From Nitrosotalea sp. (GTDB taxonomy: Archaea; Thermoproteota; Nitrososphaeria; Nitrososphaerales; Nitrosopumilaceae), in NCBI GenBank assembly GCA_028580875.1, contig JAJSDS010000001.1:3295-67294 (forward strand): DNA of 64,000 bases, read 5' to 3'. Shown in pieces: positions 42,971-50,875 of this stretch. The notes beneath the pieces were generated by a model. It had not been told where the DNA came from and did no database searches. It saw nothing but the letters and a program-made list of their open reading frames with translations. The translations under genes and the position numbers were made by a program. Each line of letters begins with the position of its first letter. Within the stretch, counting starts at the first letter, position 1.

Positions 42971-44056
42971 TTGAGCCAATATTTCAGAATGCAAATCCCA
43001 CATCCAGATGATTTGGGAACGACCAGAATAAGAATGGAAAAAACACACATGCAAAAACTAGGGATACATGAAGGTGACATAGTAAAAATGATCGGAGGTA
43101 GAACGACATATGCCTTTTGTATTACATTGGATGATGATCATTACAACCCAAATGAAAAAAACTTTGTTTGTTTGGATGAGGTCAGCAAAAACGTACCTAT
43201 GATCAGGGTAAGCGACCTGACATATTCTAATTTACACAATTTTCATATTGGCAACCTTGTGGAATTGCAGAAATCAAATGCTGTCAAGGCAAGCAAGGTA
43301 CTAGTAAAACCAATTTATCCCATAGAACCTAACGAAAAAGAAAATTTCAATCTGAATTGGCTGTATGAACAAGTTATTGTGTCAAAGGGAGATCGTATAA
43401 TCGGAAGACATGATCCAAAAAAGACTCTGGGATTTTTTGTCATAGATGCATCACCACCTTCTGATGCATGGATTGTTGACAAGAATACACCAGTTGAACT
43501 GTCAGATAAAATTCCTGAGAATTTCATTGGCATGATTACCAGAGGAGGAAACCTGAATAGTGTCATACCTGTTGTACAGAAAATCAAGGGCAATGATTTT
43601 GAGGCAACAATATCTGCAATTGAGGTTTATGACAATTGTATGAAGATAATCATGTATGTAAAAGACAGCATCGTACACCAAGAAGACCAGACTAGTGGAC
43701 TTTGTACTCCCACAATTAGGATGTGGGATGACCTTGGAAATCATTACATGTTTAACAGATACGGAGCACGTAGTGGTGGAGGGCAGTTTGGCGACTCGCT
43801 ATGGGGAGGAGCAAATAAACATGATAATTTTTCAGAAATATCACTAATTGTAATTCCTTCATTAGACAAGAAAGCACAAGAGTTGAACATATCAATTGAG
43901 CAATTACTTTGGGACATTAGAAAGCATCCACCACACAATCCAGTACCTGTAAAAAAAGGTCTACCAATTGTCATGACACCCGGAGCTCGAGTGGATGAAA
44001 AATGTGCCATTCACGGAGGTCCTTGGAATTTTAAAATCAATATTAAAGAAAAATGA
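42971..44056 (+). CDS. CDC48/VAT N-domain-like protein lacking AAA domains, with beta-rich C-terminal domain
   Basis: DLGTTRIRM..MQKLGIHEGDIVKM, IRVSD..IGNLVEL, ASKVLVKP, VSKGD resemble CDC48_N/CDC48_2; no Walker motifs; TTG 42971 (ORF open from 42947). Confidence 0.7.
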   Translation: MSQYFRMQIPHPDDLGTTRIRMEKTHMQKLGIHEGDIVKMIGGRTTYAFCITLDDDHYNPNEKNFVCLDEVSKNVPMIRVSDLTYSNLHNFHIGNLVELQKSNAVKASKVLVKPIYPIEPNEKENFNLNWLYEQVIVSKGDRIIGRHDPKKTLGFFVIDASPPSDAWIVDKNTPVELSDKIPENFIGMITRGGNLNSVIPVVQKIKGNDFEATISAIEVYDNCMKIIMYVKDSIVHQEDQTSGLCTPTIRMWDDLGNHYMFNRYGARSGGGQFGDSLWGGANKHDNFSEISLIVIPSLDKKAQELNISIEQLLWDIRKHPPHNPVPVKKGLPIVMTPGARVDEKCAIHGGPWNFKINIKEK

Positions 44057-45147
44057 AAACTGTATATCTTTCAATAATTGTAATTTCTCTGATTCTTATT
44101 GGAGCATCAAATTTTAGCACAGCTCACATAGAAATTCCACAAATTTCTACATTCAAGTCTAACTTTACTGATGGCGACATAATTCCAATCAATGGATTCG
44201 CGTTACCAAATTCAATGACAAACATCTTTTTAGTAAATAACCATGGCAATATACAAAACTCAACTCAAGTAAAGAGTAACAACACTGGCTACTTTAACAC
44301 TAGTCTCGGCATACCATCCCATGTGATTGGTGGAGCATGGACTCTTTTTGCCATAAGTGGTGATAGCAATTTTGCGATGCAATTAATGGTAAATTTTCAT
44401 GGCTCAAATACGCCGCCATTTAACTCTCCATCCGGATTTTCACCGCTGAAACAATTCAAGTTGGGAATTAAACCAAGTTATGTTCAATGTAGATCTGATC
44501 TTCAATTAATAATAAAATCAGAAGATGGTTCTCCAGCATGTGTCACATCTACTACTGCTCAGAAATTGATTGAGAGAGGATGGACAGCAAATTCTCAAAT
44601 CACTTATCCTTGCCCAACGACTGATCCAAGTAAGATATCAGTTGATTTCCCTATAAAACTCCCCGACGTACTGCCTAAGGGTTACTCACTGCAAGGTATT
44701 GAACAAAATGGTAGGATGCAAATAGACGCATATTATGCGAACAAGCCGCTTTGTTCACCAGATCATAACTTTCAATTTCATGACATACAGCTTATTGTTG
44801 GAATCACAAAACAACGGACACCAATTTATGCTCAAGAATATTATCAACTAATTCCTCAACTGGTAGGTGACGAATGGGACATACCACTAGGTCCCAATCT
44901 CATCGCTGAACTCGCAAATAAAGGAATAACCGTTCAACCTTTGGAGATAAATGGCTACAAGGGATTTGGGTGGGTGCCTTGGGATAATCATATAGAAACT
45001 GTACGATATGACGTGATAAATCATAATAGTACAGCAAGTTCATTATTTTTCTATAACAACAATGATCAGGATGTATATTCACTAATTGACTTTGATCATC
45101 AATCAACAGTTAGGCTCTCGAACATTGCAAGGAGTATTCCACCTTAA
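44053..45147 (+). CDS. Secreted MKT-family protein with SPLKQ..CV..RGW module
   Basis: MKTVYLSII signal; SPLKQFKLGI..C..KSEDGSPACV..KLIERGW. Confidence 0.8.
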   Translation: MKTVYLSIIVISLILIGASNFSTAHIEIPQISTFKSNFTDGDIIPINGFALPNSMTNIFLVNNHGNIQNSTQVKSNNTGYFNTSLGIPSHVIGGAWTLFAISGDSNFAMQLMVNFHGSNTPPFNSPSGFSPLKQFKLGIKPSYVQCRSDLQLIIKSEDGSPACVTSTTAQKLIERGWTANSQITYPCPTTDPSKISVDFPIKLPDVLPKGYSLQGIEQNGRMQIDAYYANKPLCSPDHNFQFHDIQLIVGITKQRTPIYAQEYYQLIPQLVGDEWDIPLGPNLIAELANKGITVQPLEINGYKGFGWVPWDNHIETVRYDVINHNSTASSLFFYNNNDQDVYSLIDFDHQSTVRLSNIARSIPP

Positions 45148-45161
45148 ATCATGGACAGAAA

Positions 45162-45824
45162 ATGAAAACTCTACACCTTGTAATAATTACCACGATTGGA
45201 ATTGCATCTTTTGTATCACTTGGGATGGTTTTTCTCTTTATTGATCAACCAATGAAACAATCAATGTCTCAATCTGTCCCGGCTGAGATATTCGCTTCCC
45301 TGCCTGTAATTCATCCTCCAAGATGTGAAGCATATCAAAACAACATGATTTGTCATGGGATGAACATGGAGGTTGACAACCAAATCCGCAATTATGACGA
45401 ATCACAGGTATATGATTACCCTAACAGGACAGTAGAGATGGACAACATAACATTTCTTTATACTGGCTCTAGCACGCCAGAAAAAGACAATCTGAACTGT
45501 GACAATGAATTTCCAAGAACAATTAATGTAACTTTCGGGCATCATCTGCCAATAATTACATTTGATGGATACTACAAAGTAAACGAGACACGCCACTTTG
45601 CAGTACGACTTGCAGATGGATCTACAAATTCCACAATTCTATGCTGGTCTCAATTTACAAATCCCAAGATAATGGAGATGAAAGATACAGGTCTTGGCGG
45701 AGTTCCAATCTACAACGGCATGAAAATAACTTGGCTTGACAAGAACAAAACTGCCGGCATAGTACAGCACCAATACCAGACAGAGGACTATTACAACGCA
45801 TACATCACGGAGATTGAAAAATGA
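45162..45824 (+). CDS. Secreted/membrane-anchored MKT-family protein
   Basis: MKTLHLVII N-terminal hydrophobic segment; Cys pairs. Confidence 0.78.
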   Translation: MKTLHLVIITTIGIASFVSLGMVFLFIDQPMKQSMSQSVPAEIFASLPVIHPPRCEAYQNNMICHGMNMEVDNQIRNYDESQVYDYPNRTVEMDNITFLYTGSSTPEKDNLNCDNEFPRTINVTFGHHLPIITFDGYYKVNETRHFAVRLADGSTNSTILCWSQFTNPKIMEMKDTGLGGVPIYNGMKITWLDKNKTAGIVQHQYQTEDYYNAYITEIEK

Positions 45825-47170
45825 AAACTCTACATTATTTCTTAATCACAGTCTCGTTGATAGGAATCAGTTTTTTTGTTAGCGAAGATGCGTATGGATG
45901 TCTTGGCAATTGTCCACCTATAATTCCACCACCTCACTATGCATCCCCTCCAATTACAGTTCGCACAAATCTTGAAAACTATTCTACTGGTGACAACATA
46001 ATAATTGCAGGTCATGTTTTTAATCAAACCAAAGATACCCCTCTGATGATCAAGATCTATGACCCCATGCGCCAATTACAATTTGACAAGAATGTTTCTG
46101 TTTCATCAGATGGAAATTATAACTGGACACTCTCAACAGTTGACTTTTGGTCATTCAACGCTTCAGGCAATTATACAGTGCTAGCTCAGTACGGTCAGGT
46201 CTATGCAATTACTCATTTCAATCTTAATTCTACCTTGACTCAATACCTATACGCACAAAGCCCGTTATGGCAATTCAGGAATGGCATGTCCGCCCAAGAT
46301 GTGCATTGCCATGCAGGTTTTAGTTTGATCATAAGAAAAGAAAACTTTGCTCCGGCTTGCACGCATCCAATTACTGCGACCAAGCTTATTCTCAGCGGCT
46401 GGGCTCTAGGAACACCTCCGATACAACGTTTCATTAGCAGTGTTGACATAAGCGGATTGCAACAAAACTATACTGTTGGTCAGCCAATTGATGCCACAGT
46501 AAATTATGCAGGATATTGGAGTGTAGCATGGGAGCCAGACGTAAAGATTTTTGATGCAAACGATACTCAAATCTGGTTCAACTGTCCAAATTGTGTTACA
46601 AATGATACCATACTTGGAGGAGGACCACATTTGCCTTCTCATGGTAATTTTACTTACCATGTACGGGATCACAATGGACACCTTCCCATAATCAATGAAA
46701 CAGGAACCTACACAATGATTGTCTCGCTTGCAAACAAAACAGCAAGTACAGAGTTTAAGGTAGTAAAACCAACAGTATCAAATGGAATATCAAGTTTGGA
46801 AAACGATGTAGGAACAGTTACTTTTGGAAATCGAGTCTATTATTTTGAGACACCAAATTATACGCATGATGCTTACTTTAATCCCGTACAAATTTCGTTT
46901 CATGATGTGATCTATACTTTATTTCCAAGTGGATTCAGAGGAGGGCTACCAGTCAATGGTTGTGGCGGACAATATTATTGGACAGATGCCAAGTTTTCAG
47001 ACGGCACTAGTGAGTTATTGCACATCTTTGTAGGTTTTCCAAAATGTGCTGCTCCACAACCTCCAACATATTTTAGCACCCACACAAATCCTCAGGCAGG
47101 CTTGACATTTTATGACGGGAAAATGAAACTGCTAGTCAGTACCAATACTATCAATTCGAGTGGAAACTAG
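45821..47170 (+). CDS. Secreted multidomain MKT-family protein with SPLWQ..ACT..SGW module and Ig-like domains
   Basis: MKTLHYFLI signal; YSTGDNIIIAG Ig-like domain; shared module. Confidence 0.8.
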   Translation: MKTLHYFLITVSLIGISFFVSEDAYGCLGNCPPIIPPPHYASPPITVRTNLENYSTGDNIIIAGHVFNQTKDTPLMIKIYDPMRQLQFDKNVSVSSDGNYNWTLSTVDFWSFNASGNYTVLAQYGQVYAITHFNLNSTLTQYLYAQSPLWQFRNGMSAQDVHCHAGFSLIIRKENFAPACTHPITATKLILSGWALGTPPIQRFISSVDISGLQQNYTVGQPIDATVNYAGYWSVAWEPDVKIFDANDTQIWFNCPNCVTNDTILGGGPHLPSHGNFTYHVRDHNGHLPIINETGTYTMIVSLANKTASTEFKVVKPTVSNGISSLENDVGTVTFGNRVYYFETPNYTHDAYFNPVQISFHDVIYTLFPSGFRGGLPVNGCGGQYYWTDAKFSDGTSELLHIFVGFPKCAAPQPPTYFSTHTNPQAGLTFYDGKMKLLVSTNTINSSGN

Positions 47171-47173
47171 AAA

Positions 47174-47566
47174 ATGAAAACTCTCCATTATTTCATAATT
47201 GTTGGTGTTGTGGTAGCATCAATAATAACATCCTATGAAATTATTTACAATTCGTCCAAGACCTCCAAATTGGGATGTCTTGATCCAGAACAAGCAGATC
47301 TTCAGTATGACACCAATCGTTTATCCACAAGACAGCAAGTTGAATCCATAGTTTTAGATTATCCTCCGACTAAAAAAATCATAGACTCTAGTATCTATTG
47401 TGAGTTCATGTCCACAGGTACTCTTTATACTGCAAACGGGACATATCAAGGAATCAACATCAATTTGAACAATACCAAAAACCTTGTTGCACAAATTAAT
47501 TTGCGAAATAATTCAGTAGTGTCATACGAACTCTTCAATCTTACGAGAGGTGCCACTGCGAAATGA
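47174..47566 (+). CDS. Secreted/membrane-anchored MKT-family protein
   Basis: MKTLHYFII signal anchor. Confidence 0.75.
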   Translation: MKTLHYFIIVGVVVASIITSYEIIYNSSKTSKLGCLDPEQADLQYDTNRLSTRQQVESIVLDYPPTKKIIDSSIYCEFMSTGTLYTANGTYQGININLNNTKNLVAQINLRNNSVVSYELFNLTRGATAK

Positions 47567-48231
47567 AAACCCTGTATCTCTCAACTATTGCTATCTTTAT
47601 TATCATCATGTCGACATTTTCATTCCAAGAGTCTTTTGCTCATGGAATAAACACCATGGGAAATCCTGTTATCACTTCACCATTAAAACAATTCAAATCC
47701 GGAATTGCAGCCAAGGATGTAAAATGCAAAGAAGGTCTTCAAATTATTATGAAAAACGAAAATGGTCAACCTGCCTGTGTCACTGCTCACACCTTTGATG
47801 AATTGATAACTCGCGGATGGGGTATAATACCGCTAGGTGGACTTCCTACACATCAAAATACGGCCAGCGACATTGTTATTTCTTACAACTATACCCTATA
47901 CAAGGATGGGATATTTCATGTTACACAAGGTCAAAATTTTACTTTAATGCTAAATGTAACATCTATTCCTGTAAATGTTCCAGTTACACTTTATACTGCA
48001 CCCCATAGCGGATTTACAAAAACAAATGGAATAGATTTCAAATTATCAGATACTAAGGTAAATACTCCGGCCAAAGTTATGCTGTACATGTCGGTTAGTA
48101 AGGACGCCATACCAAGTACCTATGGAGCAACAGTCAGGTTAAATGATACTGACAAGGGATCAGTTACCTACACCTTCCGTGTCACAGTAGCTGGCTCACC
48201 ATATCAACAGTTCACGCAGGGAGCACATTGA
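47563..48231 (+). CDS. Secreted MKT-family protein with SPLKQ..CV..RGW module and Ig-like domain
   Basis: MKTLYLSTI signal; SPLKQFKSGI..CKEGL..GQPACV..RGW. Confidence 0.8.
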   Translation: MKTLYLSTIAIFIIIMSTFSFQESFAHGINTMGNPVITSPLKQFKSGIAAKDVKCKEGLQIIMKNENGQPACVTAHTFDELITRGWGIIPLGGLPTHQNTASDIVISYNYTLYKDGIFHVTQGQNFTLMLNVTSIPVNVPVTLYTAPHSGFTKTNGIDFKLSDTKVNTPAKVMLYMSVSKDAIPSTYGATVRLNDTDKGSVTYTFRVTVAGSPYQQFTQGAH

Positions 48232-48287
48232 TTCAGTAAAATGTCATCCCCCTTTTGAGACGCACATCAAGTCCATCTCTTTTTAAA

Positions 48288-48334
48288 CTAGAAGAATTCT
48301 ACACCAGTTTTTTATGATATGTATGTCCAGTACG
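48288..48334 (+). promoter_or_regulatory. Repeated promoter module, copy 2
   Basis: CTAG..AATTCTAC..T6A..TGTCCAGTACG; T6 starts 35 nt before ATG 48343. Confidence 0.6.
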
Positions 48335-48342
48335 TGTAAGGT

Positions 48343-48888
48343 ATGAAAAAAATCTCTGTTGTAACATTTGTGTTTTTTGTAGTTGGAGTCACAAGTGGCA
48401 CATTAGTTGTTTACAGTTATCTGATAATGCATGATATTGGAAATCCTCTTTCTGATCTTTATTCATATTCTGATTATGCGCAAATGACAATAGTGCGCCT
48501 TGACAGAACCGTATTGCAACAAACGGTCAACTTTGTAGATTTATCAAATAATATAACTATAATTCCTAAACTGCAAGAAAGTATTGATCAAGTGGGAAAC
48601 AAATATCATATCATGTTAGAAAAATGTAGTAATAATACCAAAATTGATGGATATTGTAACGATCTTCCTATAGATGCTGAATTTACAACCAATATTACTT
48701 CAGACGAATTTCGAACACTTGACAATACTCTGCAATTAAAACCACTTGGCATTTCTGTAAATGGCACATGGTTCTCCAACATAAAATATAGACATGATGG
48801 ATGTTTTCCACTTGCCCACGGATATCAATTAGATCAATCAAAAAGTGACGATTACTGTTATTATAAAATAGTAATAGAGAAGAGATAG
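48343..48888 (+). CDS. Membrane-anchored hypothetical protein
   Basis: MKKISVV signal anchor; Cys pairs. Confidence 0.72.
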   Translation: MKKISVVTFVFFVVGVTSGTLVVYSYLIMHDIGNPLSDLYSYSDYAQMTIVRLDRTVLQQTVNFVDLSNNITIIPKLQESIDQVGNKYHIMLEKCSNNTKIDGYCNDLPIDAEFTTNITSDEFRTLDNTLQLKPLGISVNGTWFSNIKYRHDGCFPLAHGYQLDQSKSDDYCYYKIVIEKR

Positions 48889-48891
48889 AAA

Positions 48892-49920
48892 ATGAAAATT
48901 CTACATCTTTCAATAATGGCAATTCTGACAATTAGCATATTTGCAACTATGTACATACCGAGTGTGTTTGCTGAAAATGATATTTTGAAGCTAGGACCTC
49001 CAGCAAGTAATATGTCCATACAAGAAGTGAACGTGGGAGAAAACATGTCAAGTTCAAGATCTACTATTCACAAAGTGTATCCTCCGGTTAATGTAACAAA
49101 ATTCATGTCAATTGTAGAAAATAGCGCGATATTTGAGGAACAAATCAATGGATATACACATTATTCTTTAGCCACCGTTATACTAAAACCAGAATCACAA
49201 AACACCAGCAATCCAACAATAGAATACAATTTGGTCTATTCTCTTTACAAGGATCCCAACAACTATTGTTCTTACAATAAAGTGTTAGTCATAACTCTAG
49301 ATGTACAACTACAGATTATGAATACTACAGAATATTCTCCTTATGGTGTACCAGCAGGTTATCCACTACCTCCAATATCTTGCCCAATGAACTTTGTACC
49401 GGGCACGATAGATTACAACAAATTAGCTGGAACTATACCATGGAGCCCACCTCTAGAACAGCTAAACTATGGCATATCTGCGGAAAACGTATCTTGTATC
49501 AACGGTTTGATGCTTGTATTAAAATCAGAAGATGGTTCACCTGCATGTGTAAAACCCAAAACTGCTCAAAAACTGATTGAGAGAGGTTGGAGTTTTGACC
49601 CTTCAAATCCGCTTGAAATAACAGGACTTCGAGATTCATATGCGGTAGGAGAAATAATTAATTTTCAAGTAAAATTCAACGAAATGATTGGTGATTGTAC
49701 AGAACCAAGTGTATGGGTTACGAATCAGACTAATCAAACAGTGTGGAAGAGTAAAGAAATCACCGTTCCATGTCCTCCAGATTTAACCCTTCATCATACA
49801 GAAGGAGAGATGAAATTCGGGAATTCTGAATTAGGCTATTTATCTATCAATCAGACGGGCACATATTACATTCATGCATGGTTTGGAAAAGAGATTACAA
49901 AAACAATCTCAATTATTTAG
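48892..49920 (+). CDS. Secreted MKI/MKT-family protein with PPLEQ..CV..RGW module and Ig-like domain
   Basis: MKILHLSIM signal; KSEDGSPACVKP..KLIERGW. Confidence 0.8.
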   Translation: MKILHLSIMAILTISIFATMYIPSVFAENDILKLGPPASNMSIQEVNVGENMSSSRSTIHKVYPPVNVTKFMSIVENSAIFEEQINGYTHYSLATVILKPESQNTSNPTIEYNLVYSLYKDPNNYCSYNKVLVITLDVQLQIMNTTEYSPYGVPAGYPLPPISCPMNFVPGTIDYNKLAGTIPWSPPLEQLNYGISAENVSCINGLMLVLKSEDGSPACVKPKTAQKLIERGWSFDPSNPLEITGLRDSYAVGEIINFQVKFNEMIGDCTEPSVWVTNQTNQTVWKSKEITVPCPPDLTLHHTEGEMKFGNSELGYLSINQTGTYYIHAWFGKEITKTISII

Positions 49921-49951
49921 ACCACCGTATTGCAGTTGACTAAAAAACATT
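49916..49951 (+). repeat. 36-bp direct repeat, copy 1
   Basis: TTTAGACCACcgtATTGCAGTTGACTAAAAAACATT; 34/36 identical to 50538-50573. Confidence 0.85.
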
Positions 49952-50003
49952 TGTTCGGGAACGTATGAGTAGGCTTGATTTTAGAAGAATCTTAGTAAGA
50001 AAG

Positions 50004-50020
50004 TTACACCAATTTTTTAA
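50004..50020 (+). promoter_or_regulatory. Repeated promoter module, partial copy 3
   Basis: TACACCAATTTTTTAA; T6 starts 35 nt before TTG 50048. Confidence 0.5.
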
Positions 50021-50047
50021 GGTTTGAAGAGTGAAGAATAACATATT

Positions 50048-50425
50048 TTGAAAACTCTACGCCTTTCGGTAATTGTAATTGGATGTATCATGGGAGCATT
50101 TACAATATGGTATTTTACAAGTTATGATTCTATGCCTGTTACAAAACAAAATGATGGAACACTTTCTGGTGATGTAATTTTAGCAGGTGGTCCTCTTGGG
50201 ATAGGTACGCAAAAAAACTATGAAGTAGATGTGTATGCAACAGATGGAGTCACAATCGTAGCGAAAACTTTTGTTGATGCTAACGCACACTATTCAATAC
50301 AACTTCCAGCAGGGAATTACATAATTTACGCCCCAGATTATCCTACTAAACATACATACCATGTTTCAGTGTTTTCAAATAAGAATACGATTTTCAACAT
50401 ATCGTATGGCAGTGGTTATAAATAA
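50048..50425 (+). CDS. Membrane-anchored MKT-family protein, carboxypeptidase-regulatory-like beta sandwich
   Basis: MKTLRLSVI anchor; GTLSGDV..YSIQLPAGNY. Confidence 0.78.
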   Translation: MKTLRLSVIVIGCIMGAFTIWYFTSYDSMPVTKQNDGTLSGDVILAGGPLGIGTQKNYEVDVYATDGVTIVAKTFVDANAHYSIQLPAGNYIIYAPDYPTKHTYHVSVFSNKNTIFNISYGSGYK

Positions 50426-50537
50426 TCTGAAAATTTGGAATCTGTCCGGAATATGGAAACTTGCAACAAAATACAACAGTTGTGATATAAATGAAAACTC
50501 GCTTGTTTCTATATGGATAAACTAACAACAATTAGTG

Positions 50538-50573
50538 TTTAGACCACTGGATTGCAGTTGACTAAAAAACATT
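50538..50573 (+). repeat. 36-bp direct repeat, copy 2
   Basis: TTTAGACCACtggATTGCAGTTGACTAAAAAACATT. Confidence 0.85.
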
Positions 50574-50782
50574 AGAATATTAAAAATCTAAAATGTTGCA
50601 TAAGGATTTTTTTGTTCCTGTCATGCAACGTTTATCTAAAATCTAGAAATTGGTTTAATCAAGAGAGTTTTTGACCATGACCCTAAAACCGTGCCTAAAT
50701 GTGCCTGTCCAAGCGGTAATATATTAAGACTTTTTGACCAAATACTTATTAACAATTTTAGAGGGAAAAATAATAGATAGGT

Positions 50783-50845
50783 ATGACAAAAGTAGACGCG
50801 ACCAGCATTTCAAGTATTTTGTTGCTAGTCGAGCTTGTGCTGTAA
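50783..50845 (+). CDS. Putative ilv/leu operon leader peptide (20 aa, not in ORF track)
   Basis: MTKVDATSISSILLLVELVL*: 8 of the last 9 codons are Ile/Leu/Val; ends 30 nt before ilvB. Confidence 0.7.
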   Translation: MTKVDATSISSILLLVELVL

Positions 50846-50859
50846 GATACAGCATTTTT
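50838..50859 (+). terminator. Attenuator-like hairpin plus U-tract overlapping the leader stop
   Basis: TGCTGTA-AGA-TACAGCA-TTTTT. Confidence 0.6.
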
Positions 50860-50875
50860 CGGAGATAGAAAAATT

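Larger units (their letters stand above)
39200..50633. mobile_element. Integrase-associated genomic island with secreted-gene array
   Basis: Tyrosine integrase followed by accessory genes that look more AT-rich, between core genes (lsrF/SnoaL and ilvB); ends approximate, no tRNA or att pair identified. Confidence 0.65.

Noticed and set aside
42971-50425. Classical integron with attC sites
   Set aside because: Most gaps are 0-14 nt with no room for attC hairpins; no IntI-specific features recognised in the integrase
49916-50573. 36-bp repeat as a mini-CRISPR
   Set aside because: Only two copies, 622 bp apart with a gene between them, and no cas genes
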